A DNA stretch of 64,000 nucleotides from Oikopleura dioica (Eukaryota; Animalia; Chordata), in contig OU015566.1 of the NCBI GenBank assembly GCA_907165135.1, forward strand, positions 6,262,001-6,326,000, in the 5' to 3' direction. Below the pieces are notes generated by a model. It saw nothing but the letters and a program-made list of their open reading frames with translations. It did no database searches and was not told the origin of the DNA. Numbering within the stretch: position 1 is the stretch's first letter; each line of letters begins with the position of its first letter. A program made the position numbers and the translations under genes. This document shows, in pieces, positions 10,836 through 22,955 of this stretch.

Positions 10836-13692
10836 ATGCTATCAGTTATAAAATGGGCATTTCAAGTGAATTTCGCGCTCGCAGCTGTCTTTCGATGGAG
10901 CGAACTGCCGAAGCCTAATTGTACTGCGATGCCAACGCCACCTTGCTGTCCGGATACTCTTTGCACTCTTTCAATTTCGGGGGCAAATATTTTAATCCAT
11001 CCAAATTTCGGATTCCAAAGTCGTTTTTCAGAGTAAAATATGGAACTTAAAGCATAGGATAAATTAATTTTGGAACCTTTTTTCATAAAAAACGTTTTGA
11101 TTGGTCTGAAGGCGAAATATAGCAATCTTATTGGCCATACAAAAAATAGTACTTAAATATTGTATTTTCAATATAAGACCCATTTTTAGGTTCGATTTTG
11201 CATCCGAATTAAAAGATAAGCATACAATAATTTTAGACGAGTCCGCCACGTTGGGAACTCTTGAAATAGAAGGCAAAGTAATTTGGGACACAAACAAAAC
11301 AGATCTGGTCCTCAGCGTTCTGTATGTTCTCGTTAAGCCAGGAGGGCATTTCGAGCTTGGAACAGAGGCGAATCCGATGATGAACAATGCCGAGATTTAC
11401 ATCCGGAAGCCCTCGGAAGATTGGCATCCGAAACTGAGCGACTCTGGCAGTTTTGGATTTCACGAAAATTTTGGCAGCAGATTTTTTGTTGGTGATAGAA
11501 ACAGCAGTATTGTAATACATGGGCGGCCGCTTACCAGGTTCAATCTTCGGATCAAGTTTTGAATAAATTTTATTAAAATAGAACTTGGACGCTCTTGTCT
11601 GAGGATGCAGAGAAAGATTCTACAGAAATTGTTCTTCGAGATGATCCCATAGCGATGGGATGGAAAATGGGAGATCAGCTTGGGATTGCGATGACAAACC
11701 GGGATCTCGGCTCAATCGGGCACATTACTGCTATAAACGGCCGAGCAGTTACTCTTGATAAAGCACTTGCAAGCAGCCATTTGGGCGGAATGAGAGATGT
11801 CCAAGGATACATGTTGGAGCTAGCTGCGGAAGTCATCAACTTGTCGAGAAATATCAAGATCCACGGGCCAGACGAAAACTTTATGAACGCGTCTCACACT
11901 GATTGGCACAATGGCTTTCATTTCGGCACTTTCACGTCAGATCATCATGACGACTCCATTTTCGATGTTCGGTACATTCGAGCCCAAAACTGTGGTCAAT
12001 TTGACATAATGGGCCGCTATTGTTTCCATTTTCATTTGAAAAAACGCTGCCCAAGATGCAAGCTGATCGGCAATTCTGTCTATAACGCGATTCAAGGCGC
12101 GATGGTCATCCACGGAACTCATGAGTCCCTTGTCGAAAACAATGTCATGTGGAACACAGCTTCTGTCGGAATCTATACGGAAGATGGAAACGAAATGAAC
12201 AACACTGTTTCGAGAAATGTTATGTTATGCGAAAAAGTCGCGCTCTGCAAGTACAACACTCACAAGTGGCAAAAGAGTTCCGGCGTCAAAGAAGGGGGAC
12301 TCTTCTGGTTTGCTGCGTCGAATCACGCTATCGAAAATCGAGTTGCTGGACATGAACATGGCTTTTGGACTAGAACTATCGGAACTGGCAAAGGCGCCGC
12401 AAAAGGAAAAGTTTGTACTCAAAGTGCACCTTTCGGAACGATCCAAGGAAATGTCTGTCATGACAATGGTCGATTTGGAATTTACCCAGGCAATCAGCAT
12501 CCTCGCAGGCTCGATCGGGACAAGATGGGATTTGTTATAAAGGATGGTACGAGAATGCCATCATGCGATCGATTCACGGCGGATGGGGAAGATAATGGTC
12601 TCGTCAGCTACATCGACGATCAATTTGACTGGAACAACATCTTCAGTGGTCAATACGATGCGAGGGACATCTCCTACCGTCGAATGATTTCTGTCGATAC
12701 AAACAGTGCTATGTACTGGAAACGCTCAAAAACTATGGCAGATCCTAGTGCCTACCACATTGAAAACAGCCTATTCCTCGCTTTAGACGGCCTGCAGCAT
12801 TTGGCCATTCCAGGGATGAACCATATCTTTCGAGTCAAAAACGCAACATTCATTGGCACTCGTCAACATGCTGGAGGAGCGTCCTTGCAAGCTCCTCATC
12901 ATTGTGGTTTGCACATGAAGCAAGCCCCTTTTTGCATGGTCAATATTCTTCTTGAAGATGTCAAGTTCGAAACTCAACGACATCTGAAATTCGGCGCCGG
13001 AGGAGGCTATCCCGTCGCGCCGAGTTACATAACTACCGATAACTCATTGATGGGATATTCCCAGGTTGTCTCGCCAAAGATGACGGGATACAATGTTTTT
13101 CCGGGCTGTCGTAACGATGTGTCAGAGTATTTGGGTGGGTATGCCTGTGATGACAGCGTTAAGAGTAGGATCTTGATGATCTGGGGACCTGATATGGGCA
13201 ATTTAACCTTGCATGGACCAGGTTACGATTCGACGCATCCCTGTGAGGATGATATAGGATGCGCTAACAATGGAAACTTGATGTTCTCAACGCCAAAGGA
13301 AACGAGTAATCCTAAAGATCTCCTTTATGCTACTGGGTACGGCGGCTGGGTTAAAAATGGGGAACTGTATCATCTGCACGGATTGAGCTGGGAGGGCGAT
13401 ATTTACGTCATTTACTCTGACCCGTTGCTTGCAGAGCTTACTGGATCGGCTCCGGAAGAAGAGTACATTGACTTGATGATGCATACTGAGGATGATTACG
13501 TCACGTGCCGTGTTTATGCGTCTGATGATCGGCGTTTTGTTGCTCACGACGGTGTTGCTCCAAACGTATTGGATCGAGACTGCACTATCAAATTCCGCGA
13601 GTTATTTTCTGATCGTAAGTTTCTCATATTTATTTGTTTCCTCCTTACTGAAATCAGAAAGAACGTCATTCATCTTAAATTATAATTTCTAA
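10836..13692 (+). CDS. Secreted G8-domain / parallel beta-helix (PbH1) protein of the CEMIP/TMEM2/PKHD1L1-related superfamily
   Basis: Signal peptide MLSVIKWAFQVNFALA; G8 segment LEIEGKVIW...GGHFELGTEANP; GRYCFHFH motif; GIYTEDGNE; about 2-kb uninterrupted exon; short last exon ends at TAA 13692. Confidence 0.85.
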
Positions 13693-14107
13693 TAATGAAT
13701 CATTAAATGGTTTTCACAATAATCAAAATTTTTGATGATTGTCCCGAAAACTAGTGCCCGAATAAGCGACACCAAGCGATCACTTTCTCGTGCCTAGAAG
13801 AACTGAAGCCAAGATCATATAAGCAAATGTCGTTGAAATAACTGTCAGGTTCGAATAGTCCGAATAGCAAGCTATCATTTTTGTTGTTTGAGCGTCAATT
13901 ATTTATTCACTGCCAATTTGAGTAAAACTCGGGTGACCTGTGCCACTGGCTATTTAATGGATAACGCAATATTGAATTCGAATTCGAATATTGAGCAGTT
14001 TGTTTGCCGGTTCAGAAGGCAGACATTTACTGACCCGTTATCAAGATGCCGCTATAAAATGATCAACGCTTTTAAGATTTTCAACTTACTTCAAATTGTC
14101 CGAGAAA

Positions 14108-14924
14108 ATGGGACTTTTCGCCAGCAAATTTAAGAGAAAGAAGAAAAGGAGACCAAGAAATCCGTCTGAAAAACGAGTTCGATTTTTGCTCGACGAAGTG
14201 AGAAATTTCTCAAAAAGTATAAATTTGATCATATTTTCAGGAAGCAGAAGAGAATAGAATAATTAGAGGGATAGATGATAGTCTCAGAGAAATGGCAATC
14301 AAGGAAGAGGATGAAGAAGGGGAGATGGAGGAAGATGAGTCTGATTCTGGGGATGACAACTCGATGGCAGGAAGGAGTCTTTTCCATGATTTTTCACGGT
14401 TTTCAAAGATGGACTTTTTCTCCGATTAAGTGTGTCTCCAACGATTTTTTTAACAGCTCATAGTTTGAGCTAATAATAGCAGTCGAATCCGATCGTTAGG
14501 GACGCCCTTAATATTTTAAAAAGAGAAATTTTTTCACGAAATTCTGATTTTTCAGAATATTTTTTGAGAAAGCTTTTATTCATCCATGGCTTTTTGTGTC
14601 GAATATAATTTTTAAATTCTTTGGGAGACTTCAAATTGAGAGCAAATGGAAGACGAAGCAATTCTCCAAAATACGGATAACATGACAAATGATGTTGGAG
14701 ACAACGAAGAGGGCGAGCCAGATGGAGAAAATGACGATAAAAGCCTAGTTTTTTTAAGGTTTTTTTGTTGAAAATTGGACGATTTAAAAACTGAGAAACA
14801 GTGCTAAGAAACTCGCGGCCTTACAGAGTCACATGAAGTCAGACTGAGTATTCATTACTTTCCGAACAAAGGGCTTATTTGCTCCAACCTTTGTGCTTCA
14901 GAAGCCGAATGGAGACGCAAGTGA
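14108..14924 (+). CDS. Small N-myristoylation/polybasic/RVxF/acidic protein (about 140 aa; 3' end tentative); not captured by the ORF track
   Basis: Exon 1 14108-14197 MGLFASKFKRKKKRRPRNPSEKRVRFLLDE; GT-AG intron 14198-14240 in phase 0; exon 2 stays open in frame (EEDEEGEMEEDESDSGDD); later exons are conserved in the duplicate near 21150. Confidence 0.65.
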
Positions 14925-15430
14925 TTCTGTTTCTTCTCGGCCACGGCGCACAAGTGGAAGAATCGAATGAAGAAGACTCCATGGCAAAATGTTCAGAAAA
15001 ATCAAAATTAGCGAAAATTTTATTGACATTTGCTCTTTTTGAACCTTTTTTCAAAGAAGCGTCCGACGACATTTCCTCGATTCTTAGCGACTACAGTCTT
15101 TGAAGCCGGATCGCAAATAAGTGATGAAATTTGTCGATTAAATTTAGTTTGTCTAAACAGCACCTTATGATCCTTTTCAAAGCTCATCAATCTACTCGAA
15201 TTGAAAAAGGAGAAAAAAGGTCAACGGAAATTGCCACAAATTGTTCCCTTTTTATAAGTCTTTAAAAAAATAAATTAGCTCTACCTCGCTTATTTGAGTT
15301 TTACCGCAAACTTTATTCAGAAAAACTAGAATATTTTTTCAGAATTTTATCTTTGAGCCCTGATTGGCCGATCGGCCGAATGCTCAAATCTGATTGGTCA
15401 AAAATTTGACCAAAATTTTGGCGAATATCG
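14297..15430 (+). repeat. About 1.1-kb direct segmental repeat, copy A (copy B 21150-22275)
   Basis: Colinear near-identical blocks, e.g. GTGCTAAGAAACTCGCGG...CAGTCTTTGAAGCCGGATCGC and TGATTGG...AAAATTTGACCAAAATTTT in both places. Confidence 0.9.
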
Positions 15431-16469
15431 TCGCGGTTTCGGAAGGCTGCAATTATCCTGAGGATTATCCAAAAGCATCATTTGGATAAAATAAAGCTTT
15501 TGGATAAAAAGAAGACGAATCAATCATTGTCGTTCACTCTATGTCTCTCCAAAAACCTCTCTCCGTCGTCATCATTTCCACCGCGGTGACCACGTGACCG
15601 GTTGCTCCCAACATACCCGCGCCGCCTCGATGTAATATTTCCATTTTTATTTTCGCGTGTTCCGCGCCGCCGGACCTCAAATTGTGGTGCACCAATTTCG
15701 GTGAACATTCAACTTTATTAAAAAAAAGAAGAAGCGGAGGGTTGATTTTACTGGAATTGCCGATGATTCATCGGCGATGAACAAAGCTCATGATTTGCCA
15801 GGGTCGAGAAAGTTACGTCCGGGGTCAGGGTGACGCTCTTTTCGAGAATGTCGCTACAGCTAGGGCGGGCATCCGAAAAGCGCGTTCTCAACCTTTTGTC
15901 GTATTCAGAAAACGTTTTTCAGGAAATGCATAGTCTTAAGATAACGTAGATATCATATCGATCAAAAAAATTCTTTCTTTTTTTACGTTTTACGTCATAT
16001 TTAACAGTAACATATGCAACAAGCCAGCCTTGCCTGATAATCGAATGTGAAATCAACAAGAAGAAGCTTTTTGAGGAGGATTCGGAGAATTATCAAGAAG
16101 CCATCTAAAAAACGAATCTTGAGTCGATTTCTGTAATACTCATAAAAAGAAGATAATCATGAAATATTATTCATAAGGTCGAAAGACAGAGTTTGACTTA
16201 GGACTTTGACATTTCAATAAATGGAATCCCTTGATCTAAACAAACAAACACCAACGAATATCTTTCGTGAAGAATCGTAGAATTTAACATTCATGAGAGA
16301 CGTCGCGATACTCCAAATTCAATGAATGGGACAATTTTCTCACTACAGTGGGTTTCCATCTTTAGAGCGTTTTTCGGATAACAAGGGTTAATCAAATTTT
16401 AGAAATCCAGAAGGGAAAACTAGTATTATTTTAACGTAAATTTTGCGATTACGGGGGAGGACCCATTAA

Positions 16470-16846
16470 GGGGGTGGTGGTCGAGAATTCGACCCGGATT
16501 TTCATAAACTTCCAATAATTCCTTTAGTCGAGCAATTGTTTCTTTTCGAATGGATAGATAATGGTTAAATAAGTAAGTATGAACGAAAAATAAGGTTTCC
16601 CCCAAGTTAAAACCGATTATTTAGGCCGAAACATTCACAGGGCGAAGCAAAAATCCGCAAATTTCACTTTTTGGGGGTACTTTGAGCAATTTTTTCGCAA
16701 AATTTTTCAAAAATTTTTTTTAAAACTTCACGCGCCCACATCCGCTTAACCTTTATCTTATGAAAAACTAAAAGAAAATTCTGATATCTGAGGCGGTTTT
16801 TGCTCAATCTTGGTTTGAATGAACCCCATTCTCGACCACCACCCCC
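16470..16846. mobile_element. Kolobok-like MITE
   Basis: TTAA TSD; TIR GGGGGTGGTGGTCGAGAAT / ATTCTCGACCACCACCCCC. Confidence 0.85.
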
Positions 16847-16861
16847 TTAAGCTAATTTAAG

Positions 16862-17274
16862 GGGGCACTGAATTGTGCCGCCCTGCGCCGCCCTGGGCCG
16901 CCCAGCGTCGCCCGGTCCGGAACTAATCGACTCTCATTCGACCAAACTATGACCTAGGAAAGAAATCTGAACAAGAGCGAGAGTTGGGCCCCGCCAACCC
17001 AATGAGTTCTCTACCAGAGAATGCACGCGTAAGGGCCTTTGGCCCGTCGCGTGCTCAATATTTTAGTGATTTTATGCAAGATCTGAATTTGATTGAGATC
17101 AACGCTACTGGCACCCTAAATTATTGGTTTTACTTATTTTAACTGTTTGACAATATAAATAAGTGAGAATAACTAAGTTGACATAAAAAGCTTAAATTAT
17201 GGCCTTTGAAAGACCAAATATCTTCAAACCCGGTGAGGCTGGGCGGCGCAGGGCGGCACAATTCAGTGTCTCCC
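16862..17274. mobile_element. GG-ended MITE (same family as 7883) carrying the 88-nt structured core
   Basis: TIR CACTGAATTGTGCCGCCCTGCGCCGCCC; perfect 8-bp TSD AATTTAAG (16854-16861, 17275-17282). Confidence 0.85.
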
Positions 17275-17591
17275 AATTTAAGCCTAGAAAGCACTTAACT
17301 TAGCAATTGCAAATTGTTTCAGGTTGAAATTTAGGTTTTGCCGATTCCGAATAAAAAATCCCAAAAACGCTCTAGAGTTGGAATTTTTGCAGATGACAAA
17401 ATTTGCACATTGAACAGTGATAAGTTATCACTGATAACCAATTATAAGGCCGACCAATTTATACCACTTATTTTGAAAAATTCCCAAAATTTGTCATCCT
17501 CAAAAAATCCATTGTAAGACCATTTTTGATAATTTTATTTCATTTATTATCATTAATTTTCTATTTACAATTTAAAGCCGATTCATAAGGC

Positions 17592-18481
17592 CAGTGTTTG
17601 AAAAAATGATGAGCGCTCATGCTCACTCACTTACCTTAATTTCGAGAACCTCTGCTCGCGTTCACTCACTCACCATAATATTCCAAGGCCCCTGCTTACG
17701 TTCACTCGCGCTCGATCACAGTTAATTTTAGTGAATTAACCCTCAAGACAAAGTCATTTAAGAGGGGGTCGTCAATATGGATTTTCAGGGTTTATCAAAA
17801 TCCCACTTCTACATACATAAAGTGTGCATATGAAAATTATATTTTTGAAATCTACAGATCCTGACGAGTCTGTTGAGCCTACAATTATTATATAAAAATA
17901 AGTTTAAGGGGGTAAAATCGATGAATTTGTGACAAAAATGACCATTTTTGGTGAATTTTCGCGAAATGGTCCTACTTTGGCGGCATTTCTAACCGATTTT
18001 TTCTGGCCAAATTTTTTTCTCGTTTGCGCCGATAGAATTTTACAACCCTTTTCTTTCCCCCTAATAATTTTAGTTTTTTCTATCCAATCAGGTTTTTCCG
18101 CTTTTTTGCTCAAGAGAAACCCCGATATTGACGACCTCCCCCTTAATATTCATGTAATCTATCTTCATATTATCCTTTTATTTTGTTAGAATACTCATTA
18201 TTTACTTATGATAGGATTAAGTCCTTCAAACTGAAAGCATTAGAATTTTTTAGAAAAAACTCAATCAAAACGTTGCCTAAAAACTGCGAGTGAGCGCGAG
18301 CGAGTAAGCGAGCGCTCATGCTCGGTCACTCATAGAAAAATCCCGTTATCTGCGCTCGCGCTCGCTCGCTCAAGGAAAAATCAAACGGTTCTGCTCGCGC
18401 TTACTCACTCATGTTTTAATTCTTGGGCCTAAGCTCGCGCTCACTCGCTCGCGAGAGTTTTGACCATTATTTCAAACACTG
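17592..18481. mobile_element. hAT-like non-autonomous element with GCTCACTCGC subterminal repeats
   Basis: TIR CAGTGTTTGAAA(A/T)AATG; flanks CATAAGGC / CATCAAGC match 6/8. Confidence 0.8.
17762..18142. mobile_element. Kolobok-like MITE nested inside the hAT element
   Basis: TTAA on both flanks; GAGGGGGTCGTCAATATGGG versus CCCGATATTGACGACCTCCCCC. Confidence 0.75.
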
Positions 18482-18680
18482 CATCAAGCCAGATTCGCTC
18501 TTGAACAAAATAGAATAATGTTTGATTTCAAATTATCCAACCCTGATCTGCTTCTGGTTTGTATCTTTATTGTTATCTTATTATTGCTTGGTAAATGACA
18601 ACTAACAATAATTTTCTAATTTTTCTTGAGGATTATTTTTTCTGTCGTATATCTTTGAATCATTGGCTGGTTTATTGGCG

Positions 18681-19272
18681 ATTTTCAATAAGAATTTCTG
18701 AGTGAAATCCTGAACCCCCCTTTTTATAAGCTCATTAGAAAGAGCGTAAAAATTAACTCAAGTAAAACCCAAAAAAAAATCTTGAAATTTTGTCGAAAAT
18801 GGCGTCACAGCACGTGATCGAAGTTCCAAAGTACGGGATTTCTCCTACGTCCGCATTTCCAAGTACCTGGCGTGTAATACATGAAATGATCGTCTTATTG
18901 AGCTTTTGAACAGCATCGAGTTTTCGTCCCTTCTTGACCGTTTTCTCTCAAAATCAATATTTTATCATATATGTGATTTCAAAAAATAGGTAATTTCGAA
19001 AAACATGAGTAAATGAGATGAAAGTGAGATGCTGTTCTCGAGCTCAGTGAGACGATCATTTTCATGTACCACGCTCTCGGGTAGCTAACAGGACTTGTAA
19101 ATGCAGACGTAGGAGGAATCCTGTACTTTTGAACTTTGATCACGTGCTGTGACGTTATTTTCGACATAATTCCAAGATTTTTGGGTTTTTCTTGGGTAAT
19201 TTTTTACGCTCTTTCCAATGAGCTTATAAAAAAGGGGGTTCATGATTTCATTCAGGAATCCTTATTGAAAAT
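18681..19272. mobile_element. Foldback element with about 240-bp imperfect inverted arms
   Basis: TTTTCAATAAGAATTTCTGAGTGAAATCCTGAACCCCCCTTTTTATAAGCTCATT... is mirrored at 19210-19272; the arms align through ...GCACGTGATC...GATCGTCT; no TSD found. Confidence 0.8.
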
Positions 19273-19307
19273 AGTATGACTACAATGTCTTCAATAAGGA
19301 TTTTTTG

Positions 19308-20975
19308 ATGATTTTCTGGCCGATGATCGCTTTGTCGACCTTGGCCATAATAATATTTCTGTGGTTGAAATGCTGTCGAAGTTCGGAGAAGAAACGAAAT
19401 GAGTTTTACGTTGAAATTATCGAAAGCTTACAAAAAGAAGAAGTTCCTGATGAAGTGAAAGCAGATCTGAAGAAAATTTTTATCTCGAAGAGAATGCTCA
19501 AGGTTGAAAGTAAAGAAATTGGTGCTGGCCATTTTAGCAACGTTTTTTATGGGCAACTTAAATGCTATCAGGATAAGGTCAATTAATTCTGTGGGAGACT
19601 AACATCATTTCTATTTATTCCTTAATATGCTGATCCAAAACAGAACTCAATGACAAGCAGCCGAATTTCGGGTATTTCTGTTGCTGTGAAACGATTCAAC
19701 AAAGAAAAATGCTGTGCAAAACTTCGTCATAAAATTTTATGTCCGAACATCAGGGAATATTTTAAGGAGGCTTCTTTCGTGCTTCGAGCAAAGAGTAAAT
19801 TTGTTGTTGAAATTTACGGTATAGGAAATGGTCACCATTCTTTTGAAAACTATGATGCTCAGTAAATATTACATCAATTTTTATCATCAATTAGCAATCG
19901 AAGATGACAACCATCCTGTTATCGTGATGCCTTTATATAACAAAAACAAAAGTATCAGCGAGTATGTCAGTAATTCTTCAAACATCATACGATTTACAAG
20001 CGCTTTGAAACTTCTCTTTCAAGTTAGTTCAAGAAAGAAAGGCAGCAAATTCGTAGTTTAATTATTAGTGTGCTTCCGGTTTCGATTATCTCGCGCAAAA
20101 TAGAATTGTCCATCGCGACATATCGGCCAAAAACATACTTCTTGATGACAACCTTATTCCAAAAATATCGGATTTCGGCCTCTCATCTTGTGCGATGGAT
20201 GACTATGGAAGTTGTTACTATACTATGAGAACTACGGACAAGCCCCAACCACTCCGAAATTTTGCCCCGGAAGTATTTAATTTGGAGTTTTCTACGTATT
20301 CTGATATCTACTCCTTTGGATATGTTATCTGGGAAGTATTAAATAGAGGTGGACATCCTCTTGATGGTATAATAGGCTTGAATGATTGGCACTTGATGAA
20401 GAGATACAAACAAACCAAAAGAATTAAGCATAAACTGCCCCTTATCTTGGAAAAACATCAACATATTGAGGTTTCTACCTTGAAAAGATAATGATTTAAT
20501 TTTTGAGGTTTTTTCTGACGTAGCTTATCTTCTGCGCCAGACATGGAGCTACGAGCGGTCCGAGCGAAAATCATTCACACGTTATTTCGACGGTTTCAAA
20601 GCTGCGTACAACTACATCGGTCAAAAAAAGGGCAATATTCAATATAACTTGCTCAATATAAATTTACAAATACCTTCCATTCTCCGAGTGAAACTGAATC
20701 TTTCGTCGAACCACTACTTACATATTTCTGCAGCAGAGGTGAACAATGATTACAGAAATTGGCTTATTCAAACAGAATCTGCTCGATTTCTTCGGCCGGA
20801 AGATGTTACCTTTCCGAGAAGAAATCTTGTTTCAGCATCAAGCTCTGTTTCAAGTAAGGAAGTTTTCTTTATGCGTCACTCACGGCATCTTCGAATCCTA
20901 GACAGGGGATATCGGAATCAAATGAACGAGAACAGCAATAATTCCGATCGAGATCAGCACAGTGAAGCCAAATGA
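19308..20975 (+). CDS. Protein tyrosine kinase (MET/Axl-like catalytic domain) with an N-terminal transmembrane anchor and no visible ectodomain
   Basis: IGAGHFSNV, VAVKRF, HRDISAKN, KISDFG, NFAPE, SDIYSFG motifs across five or six exons; hydrophobic MIFWPMIALSTLAIIIFLWL at the start. Confidence 0.85.
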
Positions 20976-21149
20976 TAAAAACACATTTTCGATGACAAAT
21001 CATTATTAAAATTCTTTCATCTTAAATAAATCATAATTTGAATTAAATATCATCTCCTTACAAAACTAAAGAGAGACTCTAACTGCGTCAGACAGATGCG
21101 TTTGTTCCCACTAGGAAAATTCAACTGACGGAAAAAAACTGACTGAAAA

Positions 21150-22275
21150 AATCAAGGCAGAGGATGAAGAAGGGGAGCTTGGAGAGGACGAATCTGATTC
21201 TGGAGATGATAATTCGATGGCAGGAATGAGGCTTTCCCCTTGATTTTTGAGGGTTTTCAAAGTGCGAAGACGTCAAAACTGCTCTTTTTTCTCCGAATAA
21301 TATTTTGAGAATAAAAAATTTTCCGGAAAAAATCTGATTTTTAAGAATTTTTTTTGAGAAATAAAGCTTTTTTTCACCTATTTATGTCATTTTTTGTAAA
21401 TTCTAATGAGGACTTCAAAATTAGAGCAAATGGAAACGAAGCAATCCTCCAAAATACGGATAACTTGACAAATGATGTTGGAGACAACGAAGAGGGCGAG
21501 CGAGATGGAGAAAATGACGATAAAAGCTTAGTATTTTTAAAGTTTTTTCGTTGAAAAATCAGTCATTTTAAAAACTGAACAGTGCTAAGAAACTCGCGGT
21601 CTTACAGAGTCACATAAAGTCAGACTGAGTATTCATTACTTTCCGAACAAAGGGCTTATTTGCTCCAACCTTTGTGTTTCAGAAGCCCAATGGAGACCCA
21701 AGTGATTCTGTTTCTTCTCGGCCACGGCGCACAAGTGGAAGAATCGAATGAAGAAGATTCCATGGCAAAATGTTCAGAAAAATTAAAATTAGCGAAAATT
21801 TTATTGACATTTGCTCTTTTTGAACCTGTTTTGAAAGAAGCGTCCGACGACATTTCCTCGATCATAAGCGACTACAGTCTTTGAAGCCGGATCGCAAATA
21901 AGTGATGAAATTTGTTGATTAAATTTAGTTTGGCTAAACAGCACCTTATGATCCTTTTCAAAGCTCATCAATCTACTCGAACTAAAAAAGGAGAAAAAAG
22001 GTCACCGGAAATTGCCACAAATTGCTCTCTATTTAAAAAACTTCAAAAATAAATAAGCTCTACCTCGCCTATTTGACTTTTACCGCAACTTTTATTTATC
22101 AAAACCTTAAAATCTAGTAAATGTTTTTCGTGATTTTATTTATTAAAATTCCGACAAAATAGCAACAAAAAATTCGATTTTTCTCATTTTTTTTTTCAGA
22201 AGTCTGATTGGCCTATCGGCTAAATGCTCAAATCTGATTGGTCCAAAATTTGACCAAAATTTTCGCGGATATCGT
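21150..22275 (+). pseudogene. 5'-truncated duplicate of the RVxF/acidic gene region (copy B of the segmental repeat)
   Basis: Lacks the MGLFASK...RVRF exon; 1-nt deletion (GAAACGAAG versus GAAGACGAAG) near 21435 shifts the frame. Confidence 0.6.
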
Positions 22276-22355
22276 TGCATTTTCAATGTCAACTCAAGCA
22301 AGCATCCGTGATGATTCAACCCTTATTTTTTCATTTTTGCACTTATAGTCTATAA

Positions 22356-22666
22356 CAGGGTTCGGTAATTTGAGCTCAAGCTAAAACTCATTTTGGCTGG
22401 ACGCTCAAATTTCCTCAAATTGAGAACTCAAAGTGACTTGAGAAATCATTTTGAGAAGATTTGAGAGTTTTGAGAGTTTTGAGTTTTTGGGAGATTTGAG
22501 AGTTTTGAGTTTTCAAAACTCAAATTAAGCGAGCGCTTCCTTGATTGGCTCATGGATCGCCAGAATTGATTTTTCATCTCTGAGTTCTCAAAACTCAAAT
22601 TAAAAAACATGAGTCTCAAGCTTTGTTTCCTTGAGTTTTAGCGTGAGCTCAAATTACCGAACCCTG
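22356..22666. mobile_element. hAT-like MITE with internal GAGTTTTGA tandem repeats
   Basis: TIR CAGGGTTCGGTAATTTGAGCTCA; perfect 8-bp TSD GTCTATAA (22348-22355, 22667-22674). Confidence 0.92.
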
Positions 22667-22955
22667 GTCTATAAGTAGGGAAACTCGATGAAAAATGAGC
22701 TTTTTATTTTTTATAGAAAAAATAAGGGTGTCACTTTGTTATTCATAAGGTTCGTTTTTGTCAGTTTATTGGGCATATTTTTCAGTTTTTTTTTGTTAAT
22801 TTTGGTAGTTGTTGAAAGTAACATTATTTTTAAAAGCCTGATTCTTTAAAAGTCCAATTGTTAAATATCAACAAAAAGTGCTGGATGAATGGCCACTACT
22901 GAAAGTTTAACTGCGGTTGGACATTTTGTTTTCTGAGGAAGAGGGGAAGGGTTAT

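Noticed and set aside
10836-13692. Bacterial contamination or very recent horizontal transfer of the G8 gene
   Set aside because: It has three spliceosomal introns, a trans-splice-like acceptor and composition like its neighbours; only an ancient origin question remains.
14879-15103. ORF MLQPLCF...LLGHGAQVE (and its copy 21660-21884) as an ankyrin protein
   Set aside because: Only one ankyrin-like hexamer, no repeat; substitutions between the copies are not clearly synonymous-biased; a different frame joins the upstream exons.
14297-22275. The two 1.1-kb direct repeats as LTRs of a retroelement
   Set aside because: No TG...CA ends, PBS, PPT, TSD or gag/pol between them; they contain spliced gene exons.
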